Assembly: GCA_013239625.1 (NCBI GenBank)
Contig: MU053184.1
Span: forward strand, 140,220-204,219
Direction: 5' to 3'
DNA length: 64,000 nucleotides
From: Lama guanicoe
Taxonomy: Eukaryota
Position numbers and translations under genes: made by a program. Below the pieces are notes generated by a model. The model saw nothing but the letters and a program-made list of their open reading frames with translations. It ran no database searches and had not been told where the DNA came from. Below are positions 53,861-64,000 of this stretch, one piece after another. The stretch's first letter is position 1, and each line of letters begins with the position of its first letter.

Positions 53861-56800
53861 CCTAGACATTAAGAAAATGAAACAAATGTGATTTTACTTT
53901 ATGAGGAAGTTATGTTCAGCATTAACCTTAATAACTGGCACTGAATCTGTCAAATTCAATCATTTTTGACATATTTGATGCTTTGTGTGCAAGTGCTAGA
54001 AATTCTGTAAATTTCTGTTCAAAAGACATACAGCTCCAAGCTGGGTGTGATGAGCTGGAACCCTCCCAATCTGTTCTCTGGATTCTGTCCTTGGCCATTG
54101 GGCTTAGCCTTACATCAGAGCCTGATTTTCAGGTATAAACTGAAGGTAGAATGGGGTTAACCAGGTGACGTAGGTTACATCGTCTATCCCCTGATGGCCT
54201 TAACTGGGGAGCCAGAAACTGGTTCCGAGTTGAATCACTTGAAGACGCAGAACGTGCACAAATAAAAGGGAATAATTCTACGTGAAAATGGCAAAACAAA
54301 GAGACAGTGGTGAGGTCAAGGATGAGTCACCTCATAGGACAACAGCTGTGTTGGGTCACCTCTGACTCAATCTGGCTCAATTGTTGTGTTGTATTTGGAT
54401 GTCCTTTAACCTAAACAATTTTATGGGAATACAGTTCATACAGTTTTCCGTGTATTCAGGTTCCTGTGGAGGGAAGGTTGGGAAATAGATATGATGAAAA
54501 TGATGTCAATCTAGATGGTGATGAAAACGTCTTAAAAAGGGCTGGAAAAGGGTTGGCCGACTAGTGAGAAGGTTTTTATTCCAAAATGTCCTATTAGATA
54601 AACCTGGTTGCAATAGCGGTTGATTTTATTTTTAAAATGTTTTATTCTGCCTCTGCTCTTTGCAGACTGTCTACTGCTGGTTGTTCAATGCTCCTCTATT
54701 CTTGGAAAGGTTACATGTGCACAGAGGCTGCAAAGCGGGCCCTCGCCTCCTTGTGCCCTGACATTGTTGGGGATCTCAGTTTTGAACTCAGTCACCTCAC
54801 CCACGGGGCCTTTAGCACCTCCTGTTCTGATCTCGCCGGCTCCTTGCCTCATGACCCCATCCCTTGAAGCTGAGCCTCACTTGGCCTCACTTCTCTGGCT
54901 TTGGTCCTTGGTTTCTTTTCTCAATCTCTCCCTCTAGTTTCACAGCCCACAAGCCTGCCAGGCAATCTCTTCCTGCCTCGTGTCGTCTCTGACAGCAGGA
55001 CTTCTCTCCTGGTCCTCTGGCCCCACGAGTGAGACTTGGACAAGTCATGAGGTAGGCAGGCCGCATGCGATTCTTCCTCTAATCACTCCCGTCTTCCGGT
55101 CTTTTCCATCCTCCCTTATTCTGTTTTATAAGCTCCCCTGGCAGGATTTTCCAAAATCCTGATTGTGCTCAAAGCATTACATAAGTTGATTGTCAGAGAT
55201 ACGGTTCTCGCTCTTTCTTCCACCTCTCCCTACAATTAATTTCAAGACTTGAGGAAAATAAAAAGACGCTCCCATGTTAAAAAAGGTCAGGGAATAATTG
55301 ACTCAGAATCCATGTATCATGAATTAGTACTTATTATATATTGTTGCATGATATTCCTCGTTTATTTACACTGTCTCTGTAACCAGATGGTCAGTTAGTT
55401 CCTGAAGTGAATCCTTCTCTCTTGTGTCTTTCTGTGCCCACACTTAAGCATAAGGCTATGAAGTGTTAATTATTAAGTGACCATAATCTACCCATTAACT
55501 CCTGCGTAAGTGCTGTGGCTATCACTGGACAGCTGCTAAAAATCATACCCTTCTCTGTCCTCATCACTTTAAAATGAGATACTTCTGTAAACCAAGGCCA
55601 GTGAGATAGTATTTTTGTTTATCAAGAGGAGTTATTGGTGAGAGTTTGCCAAAGCCTTAATGCGATATAATGATAGCTTATGTAGCTAAACAACTATTTT
55701 GGGGTGATTTTCTATTTGAGCAAAGATTATTTCTGTGATAAAGTGAAGTATGTATGTATGAAAAAAAATTTTTTTTGGCTATTATTATTTTTTAAACACT
55801 CCAATGTGTGGCCAGATGTTTTGAGAAAATACCTGCTTTGTCACTACTCCGTGGAGCTGTAGCCAAGGTACATTTTGCTTTGCTAGTGCAGAAGTGGCCT
55901 TTCTGTGACCAGTAAGAATTTCTTGGCAATCCTGAATCAAAATGTCCTGGCCAGAACCTAATTTGGGGAATTGTATGTTTTTCTCACTAATTAACTCCAT
56001 TGTTTCAATTAGGAAAAAAACTATTCCTTCCAGCCCAGAATACTGTCTCTGTACAGGAAGGTGGCTTTGAAATGCTTTCACAGTGAAGGCGACAATTTGT
56101 ACTGAGCTCACCCAGCCTCCCTCACAGCCACGTTCTCAAGATGGCTGGCCCTGTTTTTTGAGGCTCAGTGTGTTGGAATCAAAGGGCTGCGTAGAGTCCG
56201 AAGTGACATCAAAGGAGTCCAGGAGGAGCTAAAAGGATTCTTATTATCTACATCTTATGGATGAAGGCTCATGGGAGTCAAGTGTGTTGTGCAGGCTCAT
56301 CAGGATTAGAAAGTGGAGAAATCAAGATGAGAAGAATATAGGTCTCTTCTCTCCTTGTCCAGGCAGAGTAGTTCTACTACGTGGCTCGCATGGAACTCAC
56401 ATCCTTGAAAATGATCTCCTTAGAGGTCTGGTAACTAGCCAAATTAATCAGTCATAAATTCTAAAACATACCAGTCACTTCACCCTCCTGGTGGAGAGCT
56501 GAAGGCACACTTTGAACCTAGAGTACAGAAGGCAGTCAGCAGCCTGTGATCTTTGGCTAGGAAGTCTAAAATTACTTCCTCCCTATTAATGCAAATTATT
56601 GTAATTAACATTGGTGATATATTTAACTACTTTCTATATGCATTAAGCTTTGGGAAAATAGCTATAAATATTTTGGTGGTGTGTGATAGTAAATTAATTG
56701 CAGTACTGACATGAAAATGATTTAGAACCTTGTTGATCTGTCAGCTTATTTCCCCAAACGACTTTTCCCCTTTGGGCCAGGAAAAAAAAGTCACCAAAGA

Positions 56801-57204
56801 TACCTTTGCCTTTGACAGATGCTTTTCTGTTGAGCTGTCATCCCCATACTGACTATTTCAATGTTCAAGAAGAATGGTAGAATGTGAAAGATGCGAGTTT
56901 GACCTTTCAGAAGAGGCTCTGGGAGCTAATGGATGGAGGATAATATCAAACCACCCTTTTCTATTCTCATAAGATTTCCTGTCTCACTTCACCCACAAAT
57001 AAATGAGCATAATACACAAGATCTGGGGTCAGATACATCCTGCTCAAAATAGGCTCTAACAGCAGCTTCACAGTTGTCAATGTTGACACCAGAAGGGTAA
57101 GAACAGAAACCACATCACCATTCCTAGAGCTTCATGATTTTTTTTTCAACTATTAATTTATAGGTTATCATCCCAGTTAATATCTCATCTTGATTCACTA
57201 AGCT

Positions 57205-57615
57205 TCCTATGTTGACTCCTGCCTGCGTGAAGAACAGCTTTTTATCTATTTGTTCTGAATCTGCACTTGTGAAAACTGTGTGTACTATTCTCTGTTCTGG
57301 TGTTGCTGGTTAATTGGGTAGTGAGTAGAGGTACGCTGGGAGAAGGTGTCTGATGCTGCAGCCACTGCAAAATATAGTTCTCGCGAGAACACTATGTCCA
57401 TGATACTATCTCCTATTGTTTCCAAAGCTGCTAGTCTTCGGGTTGCTAACCTTGTCAGAGAATTGGAGCAAACGTTTCCTTCCCAGCGTTGTGATTCTTT
57501 GTTGCCAGCAGCTGGCACATCTGATACCCAAATCCTTATTCTTACTCAGCATTTCCTTCCTAATGATGCCTAGAATTGTGCTGATTTTGTTCAAGCAGCT
57601 GTACATTGATCAGTA
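57205..57615 (-). mobile_element. Ancient CR1/L3-like LINE ORF2 C-terminal remnant
   Basis: Minus-strand peptide 'NKISTILGIIRKEMLSKNKD' resembles CR1 'KANRMLGIIRKGIENKT'. Further 3', 'cagattcagaacaaatagataaaaagctgttcttcacgcaggcaggagtcaacatagg' resembles the CR1 RF.TNKRK.FFTQR.VNLW segment, in the expected order. Confidence 0.55.
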
Positions 57616-58084
57616 TCTTTTGGAAACAATGATTCTTAAATCCATTGTTTACAACCTTTTCCTTATGTATTAGAAGGAGAGGATCTTCCCATTTAAGATT
57701 TATAGATGAAGTGCTATTTTAAAGATTGGACTGTGTTGTAAGAACTTGGAGGTTAAGAATAGTTTTATTCATGATTGTATACCTCATGATGCCTAAAATC
57801 GTATTTAAACATAGGAGATACACAATCCAAAGTCTCTAAGTTAAACTGAACAAAATAAATGACTGTGGCTTTTTGTGGGCATCATCAACAAGTTATCTAA
57901 TGAGAGATGGAGAAAACTGGACTTTAGAAAAGATGCTGGCATATGGTGGTGAGCAATGAGGTCACTCATGGCTTCAGTGGATAATTCATTATTTAAGTTA
58001 CTTATTGCATTCCTGTTATGCTGCAGGCATTGTGCTAAGTTGAAGAAAACTAGAATGTGGTTTGGAATACCTCTGGGGATAATC

Positions 58085-58760
58085 ATAACTACTTTTTAAA
58101 TTCTTTACTGAAGTTATATAATATATAATCTACGCACAGTAAAATGTATAAGTCTTAAGTGTACAGCTAGATAAACTTTTTACATTTATGCACATAGGTA
58201 CCCATCACCCAGATCAAGTTATAGAATATTTTCACCCCTCCAGAGAGTTCCCTCATGTCCCTTTCCTATTAATTACCCTTTGCTACAGAACTAACCATAT
58301 TCCTACTTCTACCCAATATATGCTGGTAGAAGTTTGAAGAAAGTTCTATCTAAACTGAGAAAATACTTAAAAAGAAAATAATATATTATTTCAGAAGTAA
58401 AAGCTGGATGAGAAGGAACACAAGAGTGAATAAACACCACAGAAAATTCCTTAAGAGAAATAGAAGATAGAAAAGAGGGAAAAAATGTTTAAATCAAAAA
58501 GAAATTGAAAAACAAAACAGATTAGTGAGAAAGTGTTACAAAAGACAGGCAGTGAAGAGCCAATATATGTATAATAGAAAGAAAGAAATCAAAGCATGGA
58601 ACAGAATTAATATTAAAAACTCTAATTCAATTAAAATTCCCTGATATAAAAGATAAATAAAAAATATACACTAACAAAAAAAGCATTTTTCCCCCCTGGG
58701 AAAATCAGTCCAATGTGGCCAAACTGGCTTCAAAATGGAAAGAAAAAGCTTCTTTGAGCA
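58085..58760. mobile_element. Old L1 fragments (3' end minus ~58085-58320; ORF1-like plus ~58320-58760)
   Basis: 'aaaatgtataagtcttaagtgtacagctagataaactttt..cccatcacccagatcaagttatagaatatttt', followed by an A-rich ORF1-like tract. Confidence 0.7.
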
Positions 58761-59949
58761 TCCAGACCATAATATTGAGTCATTCACAAGAGAGGGTTTG
58801 TGAGCTTGGAACATCTTACACGTGGTCCTACCTGGGATCTGAACACCTGGAACAGGCACATGACATTTTGAAATGTGCTACCTGGCTTTGCTTAAAAAAG
58901 CCATACTCCTATTGCAACAGTATTTCCAATTTGTTAAGCACATCTGATTTGGAGCAACACCCTGGAACTGAATGGGGTTGAAGAGCTGCCTCAAGAAATG
59001 CATTCTAGTTCTTGTCTCCATTGTGCCCTGTACATCGCATTTCTACAGGAATGGCATTTGGGCATTTGGAAAGTTGTAGTGCCTCGTTGCATGTCCTTGG
59101 TCCCCACATCCAAGGATCGTTACTGTTGCCAGATTGTATCGCTTGTGGAAAGATAGGACACAGTGTTTGAAACTAATGGACTACATTTTGCTGAATAACA
59201 TTTTTCTTCTTTTATTTGCCCCTAATACAAATAATTTTGAGATACTCTAAAAATAATTGTATTGGATACAACTTTCCTTTTGGAACTGAACTGAAATAAC
59301 CATGTCAGAAGCCAACAAGCAGATGGTATAAACTTTCCATTTCTGCTGACCTGGGCTAGATTTTTCTTAAAGCAGAAGAGAGTTTTCATGCCCTAAGATC
59401 TCAATGCTTTGTGGTACCTTTCGACAATAGCAGGTTCAGGTCACTCACTGAAGACCCACATTTGTTTTGAATCTAAATAATCTCAATGTTATCTCACTGT
59501 TTAATTACTGTAAATGATTGACACCAGAAATGCTGAACGTGAATCTGGAAAACTCCTAAATTTTGCTGTTAATGAGCCCAACATCATTTCTGACTTTTCC
59601 CTCAGACTTTGTTTCAAGGTGTTAGGGCCCTGTAAACTCCTTGTACTTTTTTTTTTTTTCCTGAATGATTTCAGAACCATGTAGAGGAAGCTAAAGGTCT
59701 CTCAGGTCAGTGGACTTGTGGGTCCCGTTTTCCCAGTTCCTGGCAGACCAGAGGTAGTTCATGACTTCCTCTGTGGTTTCCCCTTTCCTTCCCAGTGTTG
59801 TCTTTTTCTCTCAAGGGTACTGCTGCTTCTCAAGGCTCTACCTCCACTCAACAACGCCGACTACACTCATTCTGTTAGGTGCTTGCTAGACACATCCACT
59901 TTTCTAACTTGATCCCTGTAGGGACTGACTTGTATATGGCAGGACTATG

Positions 59950-60070
59950 TCTCCCTCCTTTTTTATTTTAAACATGAGGAAAACTGAAGTTTATTAAGGT
60001 GGTAACTTGCCTAGGGCCACAGAAAGTAAGTTACAAGGTGGAGACTTGAGTATTAAGGCTTTGAAACCAA
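59950..60070 (-). mobile_element. MIR fragment
   Basis: 'attttaaacatgaggaaaactgaag..ggtaacttgcctagggccacagaaagtaag'. Confidence 0.75.
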
Positions 60071-61659
60071 AACATTTGATTGTGTCTCCTGAAGGGAACA
60101 TTGATAAGCAAATTGCAAGCTTCTTTTCACAACTTCTTTTGCCTATTTGTTTTCACTTCCCCCTCCCCACACTGGTGGACCTTCATTGTTCCCTTTCACA
60201 GCCTGAATCCTGTCTGTCCTTAAAAGTCAGCTCAGTCTCTGCCAAAAGCCATTCCAGCTCCTCTTATTTCTTTCCCTCTGCCTTTTTCCAAAAAGACATT
60301 TTAGTTCAGCCTCAGTCTCCTAATCTCACCCCTAGCCTTTCCCGGTTGGAGGGCGGGGAGGGGACGTGATGCTGGCTGGATGGACTGACTTGCCCAGGTC
60401 TTAGGAATGCCCCTTGCCTGTCTCCATACCTCCAGTCCAAGCCAAGCAGACCCTGGAAAGGAGTGGCCTGGATGCCAGTGTGGATTCCTGTTACTCCAAT
60501 TAGAATCCCAGCTTTCCAAGACTGGATGAAACCGGGCAGAAACAACCCCCTGCACCCCAGACCTTGGACCCATGAAAGTTGGCTTCTTTGCGGGAAATGT
60601 CCTCTGCCTCCTGTCTTGAAGTGCTGTGCTCTAAAAAGTCAGAGTGGGTTGCGAGAAGCCCTACTTAACCCCCACAGGCCGCCTGTCTCGGCACCATTTC
60701 CCCGAGCCCTTGGTTATTTTTACCCTCTCCCCGCTTCTCCCCATTCTTCAGGTGCTGGGCGAGGTGGCGTTCATTTGGCTTTGCTTCTGACACAAGATAA
60801 ACGAGCTTGGGGCCCTCGGTGATTCACTCTGGCTGCCAGGGGGTTCCAAAATAGCAAACTATTTTTCATAACAGCAACGTGATATGAAGGGAGATGCAGC
60901 AGGTGCACTCAGATTTCCCATCGCCGTCTGGGGCCAGTGGTGGAGGGAGAAGATTCATTAAAGTTTGCACTTGTGTCCAGGAAAAAGAAGGGCCCCCTCT
61001 CACAGTGGCTGTTTCCCTTTGGCTAGGTCAAGGTCTCGCCTCCTGAAGGCGAATCCTGTCCTTGGCCAAGGTGGAAGTGCAGTAAAACAGCAGCCTGGGC
61101 ACCCCCATAGAGTTCCCTGCCTTTTTTCCTTTCATCGTAGGAAGATAAGGTTATGGATGTGACTATCTATTGAGTTTTGGGGGTTTAAAAGAATTTTTTT
61201 TAGCACTATCTTGTGTATTAAGCAAAAGAGCAAGAATTCTTAAAAGTTTCAATATTTGACATTTCAATTCATTAAATGTGTGGTCAGTTCAGAAAGTTTA
61301 AAGGGCAAACTTCTCTTTTGTTCTCCCCGTTCCCAAAGATGTCAAGGTGAAAGATCAGACTGACATTGCCGCTGTGAGTTTCTCTCACGCTCTTGACTCA
61401 TTAGGAAAAGGCTTCTGCTTTCACAGCATTAGTTGTTATTAAAAAGTTGGTCCCCAGCCCCACATCTGATGCTCCCCCCTTTTCCCCCAACATGAATTAT
61501 GCACATGTTTTTAGGGTGAAAATTATAATAAAGCAAAGAGGATTTTAATTTCTACTTGCATATACTCCTAGTTTCCTTTTGATGTTTCTCCCCTCATCAA
61601 GTTAATAAATCTTCCTGGTTGGAAATGAACTAAAAATAAAACTGAAGTGTATGTTAGAC

Positions 61660-61713
<54 letters not shown>
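61660..61713. repeat. (TAA)18 perfect microsatellite
   Basis: Directly counted. Confidence 0.95.
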
Positions 61714-61714
<1 letters not shown>

Positions 61715-62659
61715 CTTTTCAAAAGTGGAGCGAGGCTAGGGGATACTTCTTTTTCTTTTTTGTAAAATGTCCAGAGTCAAGGCCAGAGTATGAAGGAGCA
61801 AGTTTTATAAGCACTAGCTTCATGCTAGTGAGCTGTAATTGAGTGCAGAAGACACTGCATTCTGTCTTATAATACATCTTAATTTAAACCTTTCTTTTCC
61901 CAGGGGACCACAGGGTATGTGGTGCATGAATAAATAAATGCCATGACTTATTTCGGAGCCTCCAATCATAATACAATTATATGCATTGCAAATTTTCATA
62001 TGCTGCTTTTAGTTTCTAGGTTTTTTTTCCCCAATTATTAAACTGAATTGCACAAAGAGATATAACTCAACCCAGGCACAAAAATGGAATCAGAGAGTTT
62101 AGTCAAACTAGACAGCAAAATCCCCTCCTTTGTGAGCTGGACCCCATCGAAGAACTAGTGATTACGTTTCACACGGAGTTACACTAATTGTTGGCGTGGG
62201 TCAGTCAGGCGCACAAAGACCAGGCATAGAAAGACAGAGCTGTGACTTTCTTTTATTTCCGTGCCTTGCTGGATTTTAGAGACCATTTCTCTTCTCAAGT
62301 CAGTGGTAGCTCCTAATCCTACCAGAGGAAAATAATACATTTTTCCTCCTCAAGAACAGCATTTTCTTTCCTCGGGTCACTAAGATCCATTTGCTAAATA
62401 ACTCTTGAAGTCTAAAAAATTGTCTGTGAGTAGCCAGAAGAGGTGAATTCAACCTTGCAAATAGTTCTCTGAAACCATCACCTGCCTAAAAAGCCTTTTC
62501 TCTCTATACAGTGTGTGTCAGTCCTAGCCACACGGGGTAATTTGCCATCTCTAGTCTCCCCTTCCTAACTATCTCTGATCTCTATGTCTCTCTCTCTCTC
62601 TATTAAAAAAAAGAAAAAAGAAAAAGAAACAAAAAACAAAAAACATAAGAGAAATGCAG

Positions 62660-62920
62660 GATTGTGGAGAGATTAAGAGTACAGATGTGTAATCCTACAG
62701 ACCAGGGTCTGAGTCCTGTATTTTCTCCTTCCTACTTATTTCCCAGCTGTGTGACCATGGGCAAGTTACTTAACCTCTCTGTACCTCAGTTTTCTCACAT
62801 ATAAAAAAAAATAATAATAGTTCCTATCTCATTGAGTTGTTGTTAGGATTGAGTGAGCATATAAAGTGCTCAGCAGAGTATCTGCATGATCCCAAGAAAT
62901 ATTAGCCATGATTATATCAA
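62660..62920 (+). mobile_element. MIR SINE, near full length
   Basis: 'cagctgtgtgaccatgggcaagttacttaacctctctgtacctcagttttctcac..ataataatagttcctatctcattgagttgttgttaggatt'. Confidence 0.9.
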
Positions 62921-63734
62921 AAGCATCTTACCACAATAAATCCACTCAGTTTGTGATTTCCTATACCAATTGAATTAAGAAATTGAAAACAATCAGATAT
63001 TTGGATTGACCTAATTTGGGGGCTGATAGTCCCTTTCATTTTGTCACATCAAGGAAAGCAGACATCTCCTCCCCTCCACATAGCCCAGGCTTGTGCACTG
63101 AGTTTGCTACCTTCACGTGTATGGCCACACTCTCCCCGACAAGATCGGATGAAAAGGGAATTGAGGACAAAGCAGGGTTTCGGGTTGATTTATTTTCTTG
63201 TCTACTTGGACACATCGACTTATTTTCTCTCTCTTAATATTTAGGGTCCTGATGATTCCTCTCTCGCTAGAAAGCTCAAGATCTGGGCTCACAAACCCCC
63301 TGGGAGACTGATTACTATAAATCACCGCTGACCTCCTATCCACTTAAACCCAGAGGTCAGAACTTTAAAGACGCTGTAAAGAGTTTACAGTGGTGCATTT
63401 AGGCTTCAGCTTTAACGTAACCTGATAGTGCTGTGTGGGAGAGATAACCGTGGCTAATAGGCCTGCTGGAGCAAGATAGGAGGCCAGCATCCTAAGGCTG
63501 GTGGGAGAGGTAGAGACTTGGGAATGAAGGTCACAGACAAGGATGGCACACTAGCCACTCTGGCCAGTAGGTGGGGCCATAGTCCATGTCCACCAGCCAG
63601 GTGGAGCCCCCTGGATGCTTTGTGCTGTCTTTGATTTTCCTTTTTCCTTTGAAACTTGATGTCTCTTCCCTCTCTCCCTTTTCGTGGCTGCCAAAGTTAT
63701 TTTATGTTGCCATACATTTTCTTCCTTCCCTTTC

Positions 63735-63870
63735 TTCATTCTCTTTCAATTCACTTCACAGATACTTGAGTGCCTACTGTGTGCCAGGCACTGGGACAAG
63801 CAGTGTCAACATAGGATTGATTAAGGCTCACAGGGCCTCTGTGTTTTGGATGCTGACATTTAGAGATGTA
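63735..63870 (-). mobile_element. L2 3' end
   Basis: 'cagatacttgagtgcctactgtgtgccaggcactgggac'. Confidence 0.8.
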
Positions 63871-63872
63871 AG

Positions 63873-64000
63873 CCAGTGCATCTCCGACGTGAATGTGTAT
63901 GAAAATCATCAGAGCATCTTGTGAAAATGCAGATTCTGATTCAGGAAGTCTCGGGAGAACTAGAGATCCTGCATTTCTGATAAGATCCTGGGGGACGCCA
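63873..64000. mobile_element. MER5A-like, cut by the window end
   Basis: 'cttgtgaaaatgcagattctgattcaggaagtctcggg..ctgcatttctgataagatcc'. Confidence 0.8.

Noticed and set aside
62580..62648. (TC)n plus A-rich tract resembling a SINE tail
   Set aside because: No SINE body or TSD is recognisable upstream; treated as simple low complexity.

Overview
Mammalian genomic DNA with no recognisable intact protein-coding gene, RNA gene or CpG island, so it reads as intergenic or deep intronic. The style of the young L1 3' ends and the absence of Alu, Bov-tA, PRE-1 and CHR-2 SINEs suggest a cetartiodactyl, most likely a camelid (inference). Much of the window is interspersed repeat: MIR, L2, old and young L1, MLT1 and ERV LTRs, and hAT and Tigger-type DNA transposons. 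The main non-routine items are: (1) a decayed processed pseudogene of UBE2D3 on the minus strand (~19.5-20.9 kb); (2) a ~790-bp composite insertion (ERV LTR piece + inverted L1 ORF2 piece + L1 3' end, one degenerate TSD pair) whose inverted segment shows heavy one-directional T>C change, resembling fossilised ADAR A-to-I hyper-editing (18.0-18.8 kb); (3) two L1s stacked in one target site; (4) a ~22-nt L1 insertion; (5) a probable retroposed mRNA 3' end inside a MER81; (6) an ancient CR1/L3-like remnant holding a perfect TCTCGCGAGA palindrome; and (7) several repeat-free, motif-rich blocks that may be enhancers. Repeat family names come from recalled consensus sequences, not from a search. Boundaries are approximate unless TSDs or termini are cited.
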